From assembly GCA_011109175.1 (NCBI GenBank), contig RDEW01000001.1, positions 1,626,360 through 1,690,359 on the forward strand: a stretch of DNA of 64,000 nucleotides, given 5' to 3'. Made by a program: the position numbers and the translations under genes. The notes beneath the pieces were generated by a model. The model saw only the letters and a program-made list of their open reading frames with translations. It was not told the DNA's origin and ran no database searches. Of the stretch, positions 1 through 12,150 are shown one piece after another (position 1 is the stretch's first letter; each line of letters starts with the position of its first letter). The stretch is from Dicyema japonicum. Lineage: Eukaryota; Animalia; Dicyemida.

Positions 1-29
1 TAAGAATTCAATTACTTCACCTATGAACC

Positions 30-720
30 GGAGTACTTTCCGAGGGTATCCTATGTCCTGTTCTCCGCCAATTTGATAGCCTTCGATAAGAAGGGCGGCG
101 GAGTACGGCCGTTCTGGTTCGTCTTCAGAAGGCTGGCTGCTTAGATTGCCTCCAAACATTCTATTCCACTCGTCACACAATTCTTGAACCCACCTCAAGT
201 AGGCGTCGATGTTCGCCTGAGATGGGAGAATCAGGGACAACTTAATCTTTTCGTACTCCGGAGTTCAACATGGAGATCCCCTTAGACCCCTATTGTTTTG
301 TCTTTGCAGCAGAGAAAATCACCAAGCTTCCGCGCTAGCCCCTCAAGCAATGGTATCTGGATGATGCGGCCCTCAGATGACCCCCAGATGCTGTTTTCCA
401 GGATATGGAGGTGATGATTCCAGCATTGGAATTAAATTACACTAAATGCGAAATCTACAATTATGGACTTTCAAAAGAGAAGTATTCAAAAGCTTTGACA
501 CCCGATGAAGATCTTATATTCCTCGGATCCTCTATCACCATGCATACAATGGGGAGAGCTATACGTGAAAAACGACTGTTAGTTGGAGAGACTATGAACC
601 ACCTGTGTCTACTTGACGTGCATATGTCATTATTCCTCCTGAAAAACAGTCTCAGTGTACAGAGGCATACAATCCTCCCTTATGTTAACCTGTCCGAAAC
701 TACTAAAAAAATATTTAAAA
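30..720 (+). mobile_element. Degenerate CRE-like (RLE) non-LTR retrotransposon reverse transcriptase fragment
   Basis: Broken frames give LIAFDKKGGGVRP, QVGV, GVQ.GDP and WYLDDA RT motifs, with many stops and frameshifts. Confidence 0.7.
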
Positions 721-1329
721 GTGCGACCTCAGACTCTTGGATCACACACCTTGACCTAGTTATCTCTCTTCTTTAAGAGATTCATCTTTGGGCTTCCTAA
801 ACTGCTTTAAACAATTTATAGGTACGTCAACGCTAACATTTTTGTCATGTTGATGGAATTAAAGTCTTCAAAACACTTGTCTCGTCAAAAAAGAATTATC
901 TTACTTAGAATAAATCACCAAAATTTAGGGTTGATAAAGGCCAGGATCTGCAAATTGTTATATTTGAATGAGGAATCGCCGAGGATCAATTTACGCCTTA
1001 AACTGAATAAGGATATTGAAATACAGTGGGTTGCAGATTGTCTTCATTACTGGGGGAGTTGAATCCATTTGGATAATTATTTATGACCATTCAGTTCGAC
1101 TCCAGTGGGGAGATGTCCGACGTTGGTTTCTCCACTCAGCAATCGTAGATGGGGCTACATAATGGTTAGTAAAATTGGTGTAACTAAAAATCATGGAAGT
1201 AATGGTAAACTTACAATTTTAGTAAATCAAGTGTAATATATTTCAAAAATTGATTTATTAGTTTTTTGGATTATTAACATAATTGTGTTTCTCGTTTCTG
1301 CATTCCAGATATATTAAAATGTTGATAGC

Positions 1330-2050
1330 AGGAAAATGTTGTCTCAGACATCCTATTTAGGAAACTGAAGAAATACTCCGTCCTTAGAGATTATTTACGA
1401 GTCATCCCTATCACCTTCATAACTTCTAAAACGGTTGGAAGAATTAACTTAAAAAAGAATCTGATTGCTATTCTGAAATGAGTTATTACTTGGAGTCAGT
1501 CTTTGGTATATGCAAAAGGTGAAATGCCTCTCCAATCTCCAGACTTTATCATGCCAGGTCTGCTTCCTCGATACCTAGGAGATCAGTGTCAAAAAAGCTC
1601 AATTTGTCTATGTAGTCGAGTGGATCAAGACTGAGGCATACTTCCTCGATACCAAAGAAGTTATTGGTCTCACGAAAATCGAAGATTCAGTGACCTAGAA
1701 AAGTATCGAGGTTAAGGCGAAAAACCGAGTTCCAAGGCATAACTTCTCAGACTAGTAAACCATTAGTTCTCCTTTGACATAGACATCAGAAAAGCTCAAA
1801 ACGTGTGAACACTGTTTAAAATCTTTAAATTCTTGAAAACCTCAACATTTCCAGAGATTTACAATTCTGGAAAACCCGTGTTGTGAGTTGACAAAGTTAT
1901 TGCTATGTCTCCTCCTAATATGTTTTTTTGATTAGTGAGATTCTCAAAAGTGTGAGATAGAATACCTTAATAGCCATATATAGAGGGTAATTCTTCTGCA
2001 ATGGTGGGACACTATTTACTTGCCTTCTGACGTCCTTGTCAACTCCTGCT
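1330..2050 (-). mobile_element. Highly decayed LINE RT relic (CR1/L2-like)
   Basis: Minus strand gives FVNSQHGFSR and remnants of the IVP..K...NY.P region; heavily interrupted. Confidence 0.4.
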
Positions 2051-2215
2051 TCACGAATGTCGAAGATCATTACAGGTTTCCGCGTCAGAAAAGAGGTTGG
2101 AGAAGTAGATTACCTTAAGGACTCGTAGTCTCACGGGTGAAATCTGTTTGACGAGAATTGACCTTCATTGAAAAATCCATCTTTCGGATTCGAACATAGG
2201 ACTGTCAGATCTGAA
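2050..2215 (-). mobile_element. tRNA-derived SINE family B copy
   Basis: Reverse complement has B-box-like GTTCGAATCC followed by GAAAGATGGATTTTTCAATGAAGGTCAATTCTCGTCAAACAGAT, matching 61685-61760. Confidence 0.55.
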
Positions 2216-2257
2216 TAAGATATTAAATTCAGGCAGAAGACTAATGATAATTATCAT

Positions 2258-2365
2258 TTAATATCCCAAGACCACGGTAAAACCAAACTAATTATCACGT
2301 GATCCCGATTTTTGCCCGATGTTCCTCCCTTGTGCCCGCGCATGGTCTTACAGGACGGCTTGGAT
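2258..2365 (-). repeat. Dispersed retroposon 3' end (GGGATCAC stem-loop family)
   Basis: Similar to 25852-25975, 31130-31218, 32910-33080 and 46151-46295. Confidence 0.7.
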
Positions 2366-2699
2366 TTTCCATTTCAGGATTTTACATTTTGCATGTTTGG
2401 TACTTTGTCTTTTCTTCGCCAACTAATTTGAGTCTGTTAGCTATTCTGTGGACATGATCGCCCACAGGTATTCCTTCTGACCTGTTCCATGTTATATTTT
2501 CATCACCAGATTTGCAATTTTGGTCACCACACTTTCGGTTATAAGTTTACTCACCAGGAAATTTACAAAGTTCACTGACCTTACTGAGGATATCTCCATT
2601 CAGTTCATTAATAATAATTGAGGTTTTTTAAAGATGTATTAAGTTTTTTTAAAAATAAGAAAAAAACTACCTTTGCAAACAAAACTGGATGAATTAATA

Positions 2700-4272
2700 T
2701 GCACATTGGGCCAAGCGTTACCTATGGGCAGCCTGTTACATTAACCTTGAACCAAGATTAACTTCAATTAATTTTATAACCTTGAACCAAGATTAACTTC
2801 AATTAATTTTATAAATGATTTATTAACCACAAAAAATTAAATTTAAGTAACTTTTTTTAGTCTACTCATTAATACAGTCGATATTTCTCCTTTCGAATTT
2901 TTTATCTATCAAATTAAACTATTTAAAACTACCTCCACGCGATTATTCGATAAAATATTAATTATTTCTGCAACTGGATAATACTGAGACTCAAACTTAT
3001 CCAGTCGCAATGAGGGATTTGTTCCAAAGTCCTTTTTAGCCCGAACCTATTTATTAATGTTTTTGATTCATACTTTATCTCCCATGTTAAAAGTATATTT
3101 ACTATTATGAACATTCATTTTCCTGTTCATAGCTTTGTAATAATTGAATTTTCTTCAATCGATTTAATTTCGAATTGAATCTCTTCGCATTCGGACACAA
3201 ATTATCTGACTGGGAATTATCTATATATAAATTTTTTAAATCAAACTACGTGATTTTCAATAGATTCTGGAGTCGAACAATTAACCAAATCGTCAATTTG
3301 TTCTGGAATCGCACACTCATCACTTAAATTATCTAAGTCATAATGATATAAGTATAACCATTAATTATTGAATTTATTCCCTTAATTCCTCGATATCTTT
3401 CGAAAGGACTTTCGTTAGAAAATGAATGGACCGATATGTTGTAACTGTAGACAGCACTTTCTAATTTATCAAGCCACTTTTTTTCACTGTTATCCAGCAT
3501 TTTTGACAACTTCCTCGTGATCGTCTGATTAAATCTTTCTACAATTCCTTGTGCCCGTGGATTGTTAGGCCTTCCGTGAATTTGCTTAATGTTAAAATCT
3601 TCGCAAAGTTTTCTTATTTCTTGAACATTCATACTCAATTTTATTGACTCCTCCGTGTGAAAACTCGTGCAACGATTTCGCAACATGCTCCATTTCGGTT
3701 TCATTATCCAGGATATGACTAACTTGGAATCAGTTGATTTAAGATACAGTCTAAAATTATTGAAAATTTACAATACCTGTCATTGATAATAGAAAAATTC
3801 TCTATCTTCTTTACAAGCCTATATTTTTGGTGCCTCGGAAGATTTTCGGGAAATTTACCATGCAAAGCATCTTTTAAAGTTTGATATTCAACGCAATCTT
3901 TCACAAAACCCTTGTAAGAAGCCATTGCAACAAAATAATCTTCCATGCTATAAATCACGCTAGAAATCTAGGTTTACCGCTATAAAAAAATAAAATCTTT
4001 ATAATCATAACATTTATAAATAAAAAACTAATTTAACAGGATTAAATCAAGATATAAATCGGATATATAAAATTAAATGTCGGATAATCCAATGAGGGAC
4101 TCATCCTCATCTTTGTCGGTCTGGGATCACTTAGTTAGATGAGAACTTTTATTTCTTTCTTTTGACCCAGTGATCCGACATTAATAATAATAATGTCGGA
4201 TAATCAAAAGACCTTTTCAAGGTCGAAAAAATGTAACAGGCTGCCCATGCGTTACGCGCCGCCCATGTGACA
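2700..4272 (-). mobile_element. Ginger/Tdd-like DNA transposon with gypsy-type integrase, internally deleted
   Basis: Imperfect ~42-bp TIRs (core ATGGGCAGCCTGTTACATT at 2724-2742 and inverted at 4230-4248), TG...CA termini, TAATA on both flanks. Integrase motifs IKQIHGRPNNPRAQGIVERFNQT and YNISVHS...SPFE at 3333-3704; H-x3-H-GG zinc-finger remnant; 26-nt intron at 3751-3776. Confidence 0.8.
2744..2813. repeat. 35-bp tandem duplication inside the left end of the transposon
   Basis: ACCTTGAACCAAGATTAACTTCAATTAATTTTATA occurs twice. Confidence 0.9.
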
Positions 4273-4629
4273 TAATATTATTTCGAGTTTCCTGAGATAA
4301 ATTGGAACATTTACTGTATTGCAAAAACGGGTGTGCTTTTTAACCTGCTAATAGCTTGGGATGTAATCTAGTCCTTAGTTTGCCACGATGACATAGCTTC
4401 AATAAGTATTTGATGACGAAAGTCAGAAGGAAAGACAGAATTATCGGTAAGCATACGACAACCAATTAAATCAACGGGGGTTGATTTGTCCCTGCGCATT
4501 CGCTGGATTCATTAGAAATGCTGTAAGCAGAGATCCATTCACATTAAATAATTTTTATCAACAATTTAAAAGAAATATAAATTTTTGTTTACAAGGACTG
4601 CAAGGAGTTGAATGTTTAGATATTTACTA

Positions 4630-4915
4630 TTCTTCCTACTTTATCCCTGACCAAATCCTCTGATGAAGATTGCATTATGAAAACCATTCCGCTAAAGAAT
4701 AGTGATGTCCGCGACGGTAGGACATGGGACAAAAATGGAAGAGGGCGGACCTACTTTTCCACCTCTCTTCGTAAGCGGAAGCCTGTAATGAAGTATTGGA
4801 AGATGGATTTGGTCGGCACAAGCAGATGTTCTCCCTTTGGTTCCTTCCGTGGATTAATTAGTTATGACTGTTTGTGCTGGGCTTACAATGGTAAGCCTGG
4901 GGTTAATAATAATAA
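4630..4915 (+). repeat. Dispersed retroposon 3' end with (TAA)n tail
   Basis: 4728-4915 is nearly identical to 61872-62060 and similar (inverted) to 35070-35185; ends GGCTTACAATGGTAAGCCTGGGG-TTAATAATAAT. Confidence 0.85.
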
Positions 4916-5184
4916 TTGATCCTTCAAAACAGCCTCAATTAGTACAACTCTACTCGAGTAGAGATATCAACTACCCGAACCAGCAACAATAAGAGACCCT
5001 TCTTGATGTTCTCATGATCAAATATTTCTGAGACCATAGAGGCCCTGAGCTTGTCATAAAAGTCAGAAGCTGGAAATAACAGAGAGAGGACATTTAATGA
5101 ATGAGCTCTTCCTTCTTAGCCGTGCGTGAACTCCATCGAGCTGTAGGCATGCTCCTGTGGAAGGCGAGTCAAAAAAGTTTTGAT

Positions 5185-5375
5185 TTTTTACCCACGTGAG
5201 TTGTCTCCCATTGTTCCCCATCTCCGGGATCTTGTATTAGTGATTAAAGTAAAGATTAAAGTAAAAAGTTTTTGAAATTAACATTGAGGTCACGCCACTT
5301 GACAGGATGATATTGATCGAATTTTCGGAAACTCAAATTCTTCATATCTGCTTCGCTCACTTTTTTGGCAATGTT
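5185..5375. repeat. Dispersed repeat with an inverted copy at ~15975-16150
   Basis: Shared blocks such as GGTCACGCCACTTG, GATATTGATCGAA and CTCACTTTTTTGG in opposite orientation. Confidence 0.7.
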
Positions 5376-7443
5376 TTTATTTGATAAAAACTTTTTTAAG
5401 ATTAAAATCCGTCCATTTATCTGCGAGTTATCGTATCTATTGATTTGTAAATTTGGAAAATTTTATGTTAATTGTCACGTGTTTGATTACATAAATAAAG
5501 TAAATCATTTAAATTTTATTATAAAATATCCATAATGACAGTTAACTGACTTGGAATCCACAAAGCGCGTTTTTTGTTAATTTTATGGAGATTTTGTGTC
5601 GTCGTTATTCCATAGTGAAATTCCTGCCCTATGAAGCTATTTTTGAGCAAATTGACAATTCGTCACGGACTCGTTTTTCGAGGATCTTCTCCACCACTTG
5701 CATTTCTTTGGCTGACAAATTGTAAATTAGCGTGGCGGCATGCGGTTCACCTGTTGTTGTGGTGGCGCCCGGTAATGGTGAGGTTGAATTGTGAATGCGT
5801 TTATCAGGTAAGCAAATAAATTTTGATTAAAAAGATTAACTTAAACCCCCTTAAAGATTAACTTAAACCAAAATTTACCGCTTTATCAATAATTTTTATT
5901 TTTTTCAGGTCATCTTAGAATTTATTTTAAATAGAATTACTTAAAATTTTACTAAAATAAAATTAATAATGAATAAAACTTTTACATAGTGAATAAAACT
6001 TCCACATCTGGTCTATTTTTTTCTACGGACAGCCTCCTGTTTCAACCTTCGACAAGAGGTTAAGGGCTGACGTAGAAGAAACATTTAATATTTCATTTGA
6101 TGAAACTGGCTGGATCCAATGCAAATTACCGCTTCAATTTGGAGGGGGGATTGAGATTCGCTCGCCACTGTAACTCGCTTTTACAGCTTTCCTGTCTTGT
6201 CTGTCTCATACGCCAGATCCTACCCCATATAAAAGTATCGCAAACCACCACGGTAGACGTGGAAGGATGATCGACGCTAAAGGTTTTCACGCCTTTCCTT
6301 GAAAACCTTGAGAGTCCAAGGCATAGAGTCAATAACAGAGTTATGCGTGAAGATCAGAAGTCTCCCGATTTCCGGTTCAGTTGGAGGCTCTAGGACTAGC
6401 TTCATCCAACAAAAGTACTAGCGGAACAAATCTTTTCCCACTTGAAAGCGGTCGATACCAGTCTGAAGCGCCATCTGTGTGGGTGGCCTTTCCCCTCCAA
6501 CCTTGCACTGATGGCAACTCATTTAGGATCAGTCTCGGAAAGGGCCAAGACCCTTAATAAAAAAATACAAAAGTCTCGGTGGAAAGTTCATTTTTGAACC
6601 AGTCACCGTCGTAGGTTATCGAGATCTTCTTATGCGAAAATTTTATCACTGATTTTTGTTATGCCGATGTTGAGAACAACTGGAGGGGATATTCCTTGTC
6701 TTCCTCGAAATTTTACGGATTCCTCCGTGAATTATACTTCCATCGCATAATTCGCTAGAGTTTTAGGATCATGGCCCAGTATGTGTCCGAAATTCCATCT
6801 TTTTTTCCCATTGATCACCAATAACCACACGTATTTACCTTCTGTGGAACGTGTCGAGGCTACTAAGTTCATTATTAATTTAACGATGTTGGAATCCTTG
6901 GTTCACAAGCACGATCTAGTCCGTCGGATTGGCTCAATGATCCATAGGGTCACCAAGGATCCACGTGAGTCTCGATAAATCTTTATTAGAAAATTATTAT
7001 ATGGCTTGTAGCATCCCAGCCATCTCGGTGTTCACCTGATGGATCTCTGGAAGCTTCTGTTCTTGGTTGTGACGTTTTTGTTAGCCACCGGTTTCCTTCA
7101 CTTAAAGAGAATGGGCAAATAAATAAAAATAAATAAATCTCGGTGTTCTTTCCTAGATCCTACGCACTCTCTGTATTCTCGGTGAATGGGTAGAAGCTTG
7201 TGTGAAATAAACTGGGCATCGTTCTGATTTAAAAGTGTCTCAAATGTGGTGAGGTCTTTTTTTTAAATTAAAGTGTCTTATGGGTGAATCGTTTATGAAT
7301 AGATTAAACATGACCGACAAAAAAGGGGATTTTCAAGAAATTTAGTAATTTGCTATTTTATTTCCTAGAACTCGGATTTTCTTCTTTATTCACGGGTTTG
7401 GTTTTTCAAGACCTTTGAGTTTGTATCTCTCAGTTTAATTTAA

Positions 7444-7860
7444 TTGGCATCCATTGACATTGATAAAGCTTTCGCCATACATTTAGGCACGTACCACCCA
7501 ATGGAGTCCCCAAGGCTCAGTTCTCTTCCAGTACTTTTTGACTCACATTTGTCCAGCTTGCAAACTAACGAGAGTACATCACTAATGTATGCTGATGATA
7601 TTGAAATTGCGTCACGTCACCATAATACAACCATTGCTTCTACATTCTTCAAGAACACCCTAATACTATTTCCTCATGGGTGGACCATAATCTCTCGAAT
7701 CCTTCTCCCGCCAAATCATTTATAACCATTTTACAACTGACCGTCCTCAGTATAACCTGGAACCTATGCTATGTCTTAATAACACTCCTCTTCATATTGT
7801 TAAAACCTTAAAATATTGTGACTGATGTTTGACACGTGTTTATCATTCTCGTGACGTTTC
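7444..7860 (+). mobile_element. Decayed I/Jockey-like LINE RT fragment; close inverted copy at ~30395-30880
   Basis: IDIDKAF, PQGSVL and MYADDI motifs; long near-identical stretches shared with 30395-30880. Confidence 0.75.
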
Positions 7861-8559
7861 ATATATATGGGACAACTCTCAGCCAAAAGCTCAACTTGCT
7901 CCACTAATAAAAAGAGGATAATACCTACTCTAGGAGATAGAACAAACACCCTCAAATCTTTTCCGGAAAACGAGGATAATTCTAAAAATATACAATACTG
8001 GGTGTCAGCAAATGCAATCCGAAGACTAGTGATCGCCCCCACCGGGAATTGATGTCAGTGAATCTTCTTTTCCTTGTGGAATTCGAGTAGACCTGGACGC
8101 CTCCGTTGCGGTCACCACATGAGCTTTAATGTCACCACCTATACAAGACTGGGATTGTAAATTCGCCACTTTGCCCTTCATGTACACTTGATGACCACGG
8201 ATAGATCACCTTTTCTCGTGTACTGGCCCGGCTTCTGTTTCTCCCCCGTAAGGAGTCAACCTGTTGGATTTCTGGGAACATACTTCATTGGTAGTTACGT
8301 TCTTGTTAGTTATCGATTTCTTTCACTTAAAGGGACCGAGGGTACATAAATAGAATTGCAGCCTAATACAACTATCAAATCCATAGGACTGAGCGAGCTT
8401 TGTGGAAGCTAGAATTGAGGAATCTGAATGTTTCTAAGGTTGTCGCACATAAAGCGCCCTCTTTCTGCATTAACAGGCTTTTTCATAAGATCATTGCTCC
8501 GATCATCGAATACACTTGTTCGCCTGGAGATTTTCCCATTCTTCCTCAGGATTGAACAT

Positions 8560-9340
8560 ATCAACTCACTCCATTGGAAAACCACGAGTATTCTTCCCTC
8601 ACACGTAAAAGCTATCATACAACGAAAGATATTGGCCACAATAGCAAAAGAATCAAAACACAATCCATTCTGATGAGAAAGAATCAAATTCCTACTAAAC
8701 TGCGATTACGCTTATATAATGGATTTGTCCGACCAGTCCTCATGTACAACGCAGGTACTTGGGAACATCAAAGAAAAATATGGAACAATTGAGGAAACTA
8801 AGAAAACTCCTTGGATACTCTTGGCCAAAGAAAATCTCAAAAAATAAATTATACAGACTGACTGAGTGTCTGAACGTACTTTAAGCCCGCTGGCACCTTT
8901 TGGGACATATTCTACGGATAGGCCACAGACACCATGAAATGCCCCCATGGAAGAATTTTTCGGCCACACTGTATCTCCTGCATTCAGAGGACGTCCAAGA
9001 AGTTGTCTTCCATGGACACTTGCAGGGATTACGCAGTGATCAAGGGCGACTGGACGATCTGGAAAAGAGCACGACAGCGAAAAGGATGGAGAACAAGCGA
9101 AACCATAAACAGTGTTTACTAGTAACGTGAATGTGCTTTAACTAACAAGAAAAAGCATCGATTGCAACTCTCCCTCATGGGAGTCGGCCAGAAACAATGT
9201 CGAGTTTTCCAACGTTCGAAAAGACATTTCTGGAAGACGGTGGGATCGCTGGCGAACCATGATAAGAGAGTTCAGGAGATGCTAGAAAATGGGATCACTT
9301 AATTAGTAGTCTTTGATATCTTCTTTCTAGAGATCATCCA
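8560..9340 (+). mobile_element. RTE-like LINE 3' fragment (RT C-terminus plus 3' UTR)
   Basis: KLRLRLYNGFVRPVLMYNAGTW, FGHILR and FRGRPR; the 3' UTR shares GTGGGATCGCTGGCGAAC with ~27846. Confidence 0.75.
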
Positions 9341-10316
9341 GCTTTAGAACGAGTCTCATTGTTCAGACAGTATAGGACAACCAGGGAGGTACCTCTAAAT
9401 GGATCTCCAACTTTTCCCAATCCTGTGATGGATGATCTCCACTAGAGTTTTTCAAATTCATATTTTAATCAAGAATAAGCTAATAATAAGCAATTGACTG
9501 TTATATTCCGACAAAAATCCAAATCCCGACTGAAAGAATTCACGACTTCGTGACATCCGTGCCATACGGACCTTTGGAGACAATAAAATACTACAATGTA
9601 GACCTCTTTAGATCGGTGTTTCAAAACATTAGTCTCAAGGACCATTAGTGTTAAACTTGCACGCCTATAGTGTGAACATTATTTATTTCTGGATGGAAGA
9701 GAAGGTCGAGATCTCTTCTTGCCCCGGACCACCAGGACTAGAGATGAACGTTGAAAAACCACTGGAATAACCTAAATCGGTTAATGGCCTCCAACTTCTA
9801 CTTGTTAGCTAATATGGGGTTGACAACTTAATTTAGTGTATTCACTATAAAGGGACAAGTACTTCCAAATAAAGACAAAAAAGAAAACCTCCGGGTCATA
9901 ACAGTTTGGAAGACCTTCCAAGGATTTATCAATAGACTGAGGGAGCAAATGGGCATTTTTCCTACCACTGACACAACAGTGATCCAGAGGACATGTCTGG
10001 GAGTTGAGGTCGAATCCAGAACTCGTTGCCTAGGAACGAAAGTTTCAACCGGTGGAATGAATAGTTGGATACTTTTGAATGCCGACCAGACATTGGGCTT
10101 CTCCTGAGTAGGTTGGATCAAATGACGCCACCAGAGGGAAGAAAGGAAAATCTTAAACCAATTAGCCACATTGCCCCACGTGGAATAATCCTATTTACCA
10201 ATAAGAAGAAATAATAAAAGTCGTATTAAAAAAATAATATTTAATTCATCATTTTAAATGAATTAAATATTATTTTTGATTTAAAAAACCGCCTTTTAGT
10301 TATTCTTCTTGGTGAC

Positions 10317-11025
10317 ATGAAGAGACTTTATATGCAAATCAGAATGATTAGGGGGCTTTCAATGAAGTCTTTTGCTAAGCAAATGTACGGTATTTACCAC
10401 ATGCCTTTCTATGATGACCTGGTCGAGAAACATTATGAAAACCCAAAGATTACGGAGATCCTAAAATCCCCATTTTCTAATACAACTGGAAAAAAGGAGT
10501 TGGATAACCCACCTTCAGAAACCACGTGCTATACTAAATTATGGGAAATACTTGAATGGACAAAACCAACTGATGCGCACGTGATCCTAAAGTCATGGCA
10601 GGCTTCAATGTGTCTAAGAAACGTCCAGTGGAGAGTAAAGCGGTAAACAACGGAATACCCGTGTCCCACCCGGTCCTCTCCTACTGTGGGGATGTCAACT
10701 ATCTACTCAAAATTGAGTAATCGGTGGACTTACTCACTAGTGATTCTTGGTGCGTCTCTTCTATTCGGGTTGGCAAGGGACTCTTTGATATTCCAGTCAA
10801 ACTGGCCGCACTGGCGGCTGCTGTGAACCACGATCCGAAATACTCATACATTGTATTTGAATATAACCACGTTTAGTGCAACCAACTGATGGTGATCTGT
10901 TTTGAAGCTGAGGGGGCGCCCCTACTTACCACATGTTTGATGAAACAAAGTGCAGGGCGTTGTGGAACACTTTCCTTTACAGATTGACAGCTTTTAGGCT
11001 TATGAGTGGCAGTTTGAATGTTTGA
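10317..11025 (+). CDS. MGME1: MGME1-like (mitochondrial genome maintenance exonuclease 1) homolog with degenerate catalytic motifs
   Basis: Removing 24-nt introns 10717-10740 and 10853-10876 and correcting two 1-nt shifts (~10601, ~10921) gives VSHPVLSYCGDVNYLLKIDDSWCVSSIRVGKGLFDIPVKLAALAAAVNHDPKYSYICNQLMVICFEAEGAPPTYHMFDETKCRALWNTFLYRL. This is collinear with the remembered MGME1 C-terminus (FDNPLQVVAYMGAMNHDTNYSF...GSPAHPHFMD..LC...W..WL.RL). The N-terminus is R/K-rich, acid-poor and presequence-like. Confidence 0.72.
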
Positions 11026-11976
11026 TCTGTATTTTTACTATTTGTGATTTTTGAATAAACTTAATTATTAGCTTATTAAGTTTGTGTTTTAACCAGTTGT
11101 CTTGAGAAGAGTTACCCACGTGGGTTGGAATTGTCGCTAAAATATTACCCACGTGATAATAAAATTAGTGATGACTGGTCATTTTCTGCTGAATAAGCAT
11201 TTAGGGGAAATGTGAAGGTCGAGGTTCAACCCACGTGTGCGATCGGTTAATGGTAGTCTCTTAGAGGGGAATTGAATATGATCGTATTTCATGGGGAAAT
11301 GCGAATGATGAGGGACCCATTTGAGCAACAAGTTTGCTGATTGTCGTGTGCGGTATGCAGTGAATATATTTGCTTATTCATCATTATACGGGTATTAAAG
11401 AATTGATTGAAATAGTACCTTCCATTACCCCTTACCATTTCTCATCCAATTGAGAGTTTATTCAGAAAAAAATTTAAAAAGGTTGTTTTTACCCTTAAAT
11501 ATTAGTGACGCTAATATTGGGGAAACCCTATATAAAACTGCATGGAGACCTTAAAAGGAGATAAAAGATCTAAGAAATTTTTTTTATTTGAAAATTTGAT
11601 AATAAAAATTAAAGTAACCAATGAGATGAAACTCAAAACTCTAATTTCAAGTAATTTAAATTCCACAAAATTGGACATTATGACTTTTTACGGATAAAAT
11701 GTTAAGTTATATTTGCCTGTCTGTTGATTTTCTGATAAGTAATATTTTGAAAGCGTTTTGCCAAAATGGGGAATCAATGTACTGAAATTCCTCTTAGAGT
11801 TATGGACAAGTATGGTAGAGACTATCTAAAGCTAACCATGCGTTTCTTACGCATGTGTCTCATGGTACGCTCATTTAAGGGACAAATGTCCTTAAGATCA
11901 TAGCCAGCCAGAAAAGAGCATTCAAAGTTACTGAGTGATGGACTTCTGGAAAGGTCTCTTCTCTTAAATCCCTAAG

Positions 11977-12150
11977 ATGGGAGTAGTGGAGTGTCAAAAG
12001 TGCCAGACAAAATACATATAGTTCTGGGTTCAAATCTCGTTGCGATCCAATTCACGCATAAATGATACTCTCGAATTGACGTGTTACGGCGTCATCAGTG
12101 TGTCATTAATTGGGAACCGGATTGTTACTACATACCGGCAGAAGAGCTGA
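11977..12150 (+). mobile_element. tRNA-derived SINE family A copy
   Basis: GGTTCAAATCTCG B-box; body TTGACG..GGCGTCATCAGTG..GGAACCGGATTGT shared with 42650-42845 and 50265-50440. Confidence 0.6.

Noticed and set aside
4655-4690. CTGATGA...GAAA hammerhead-like motif (also at 61847)
   Set aside because: Stem II does not pair convincingly, no stem I/III or cleavage triplet is evident, and the 63160 copy lacks GAAA.
11100-11345. Box C/D-like motifs (TGATGA...CTGA) and three ACCCACGTG copies
   Set aside because: The C-D spacing is too short for a snoRNA and no guide is recognisable; CACGTG is common throughout the window.
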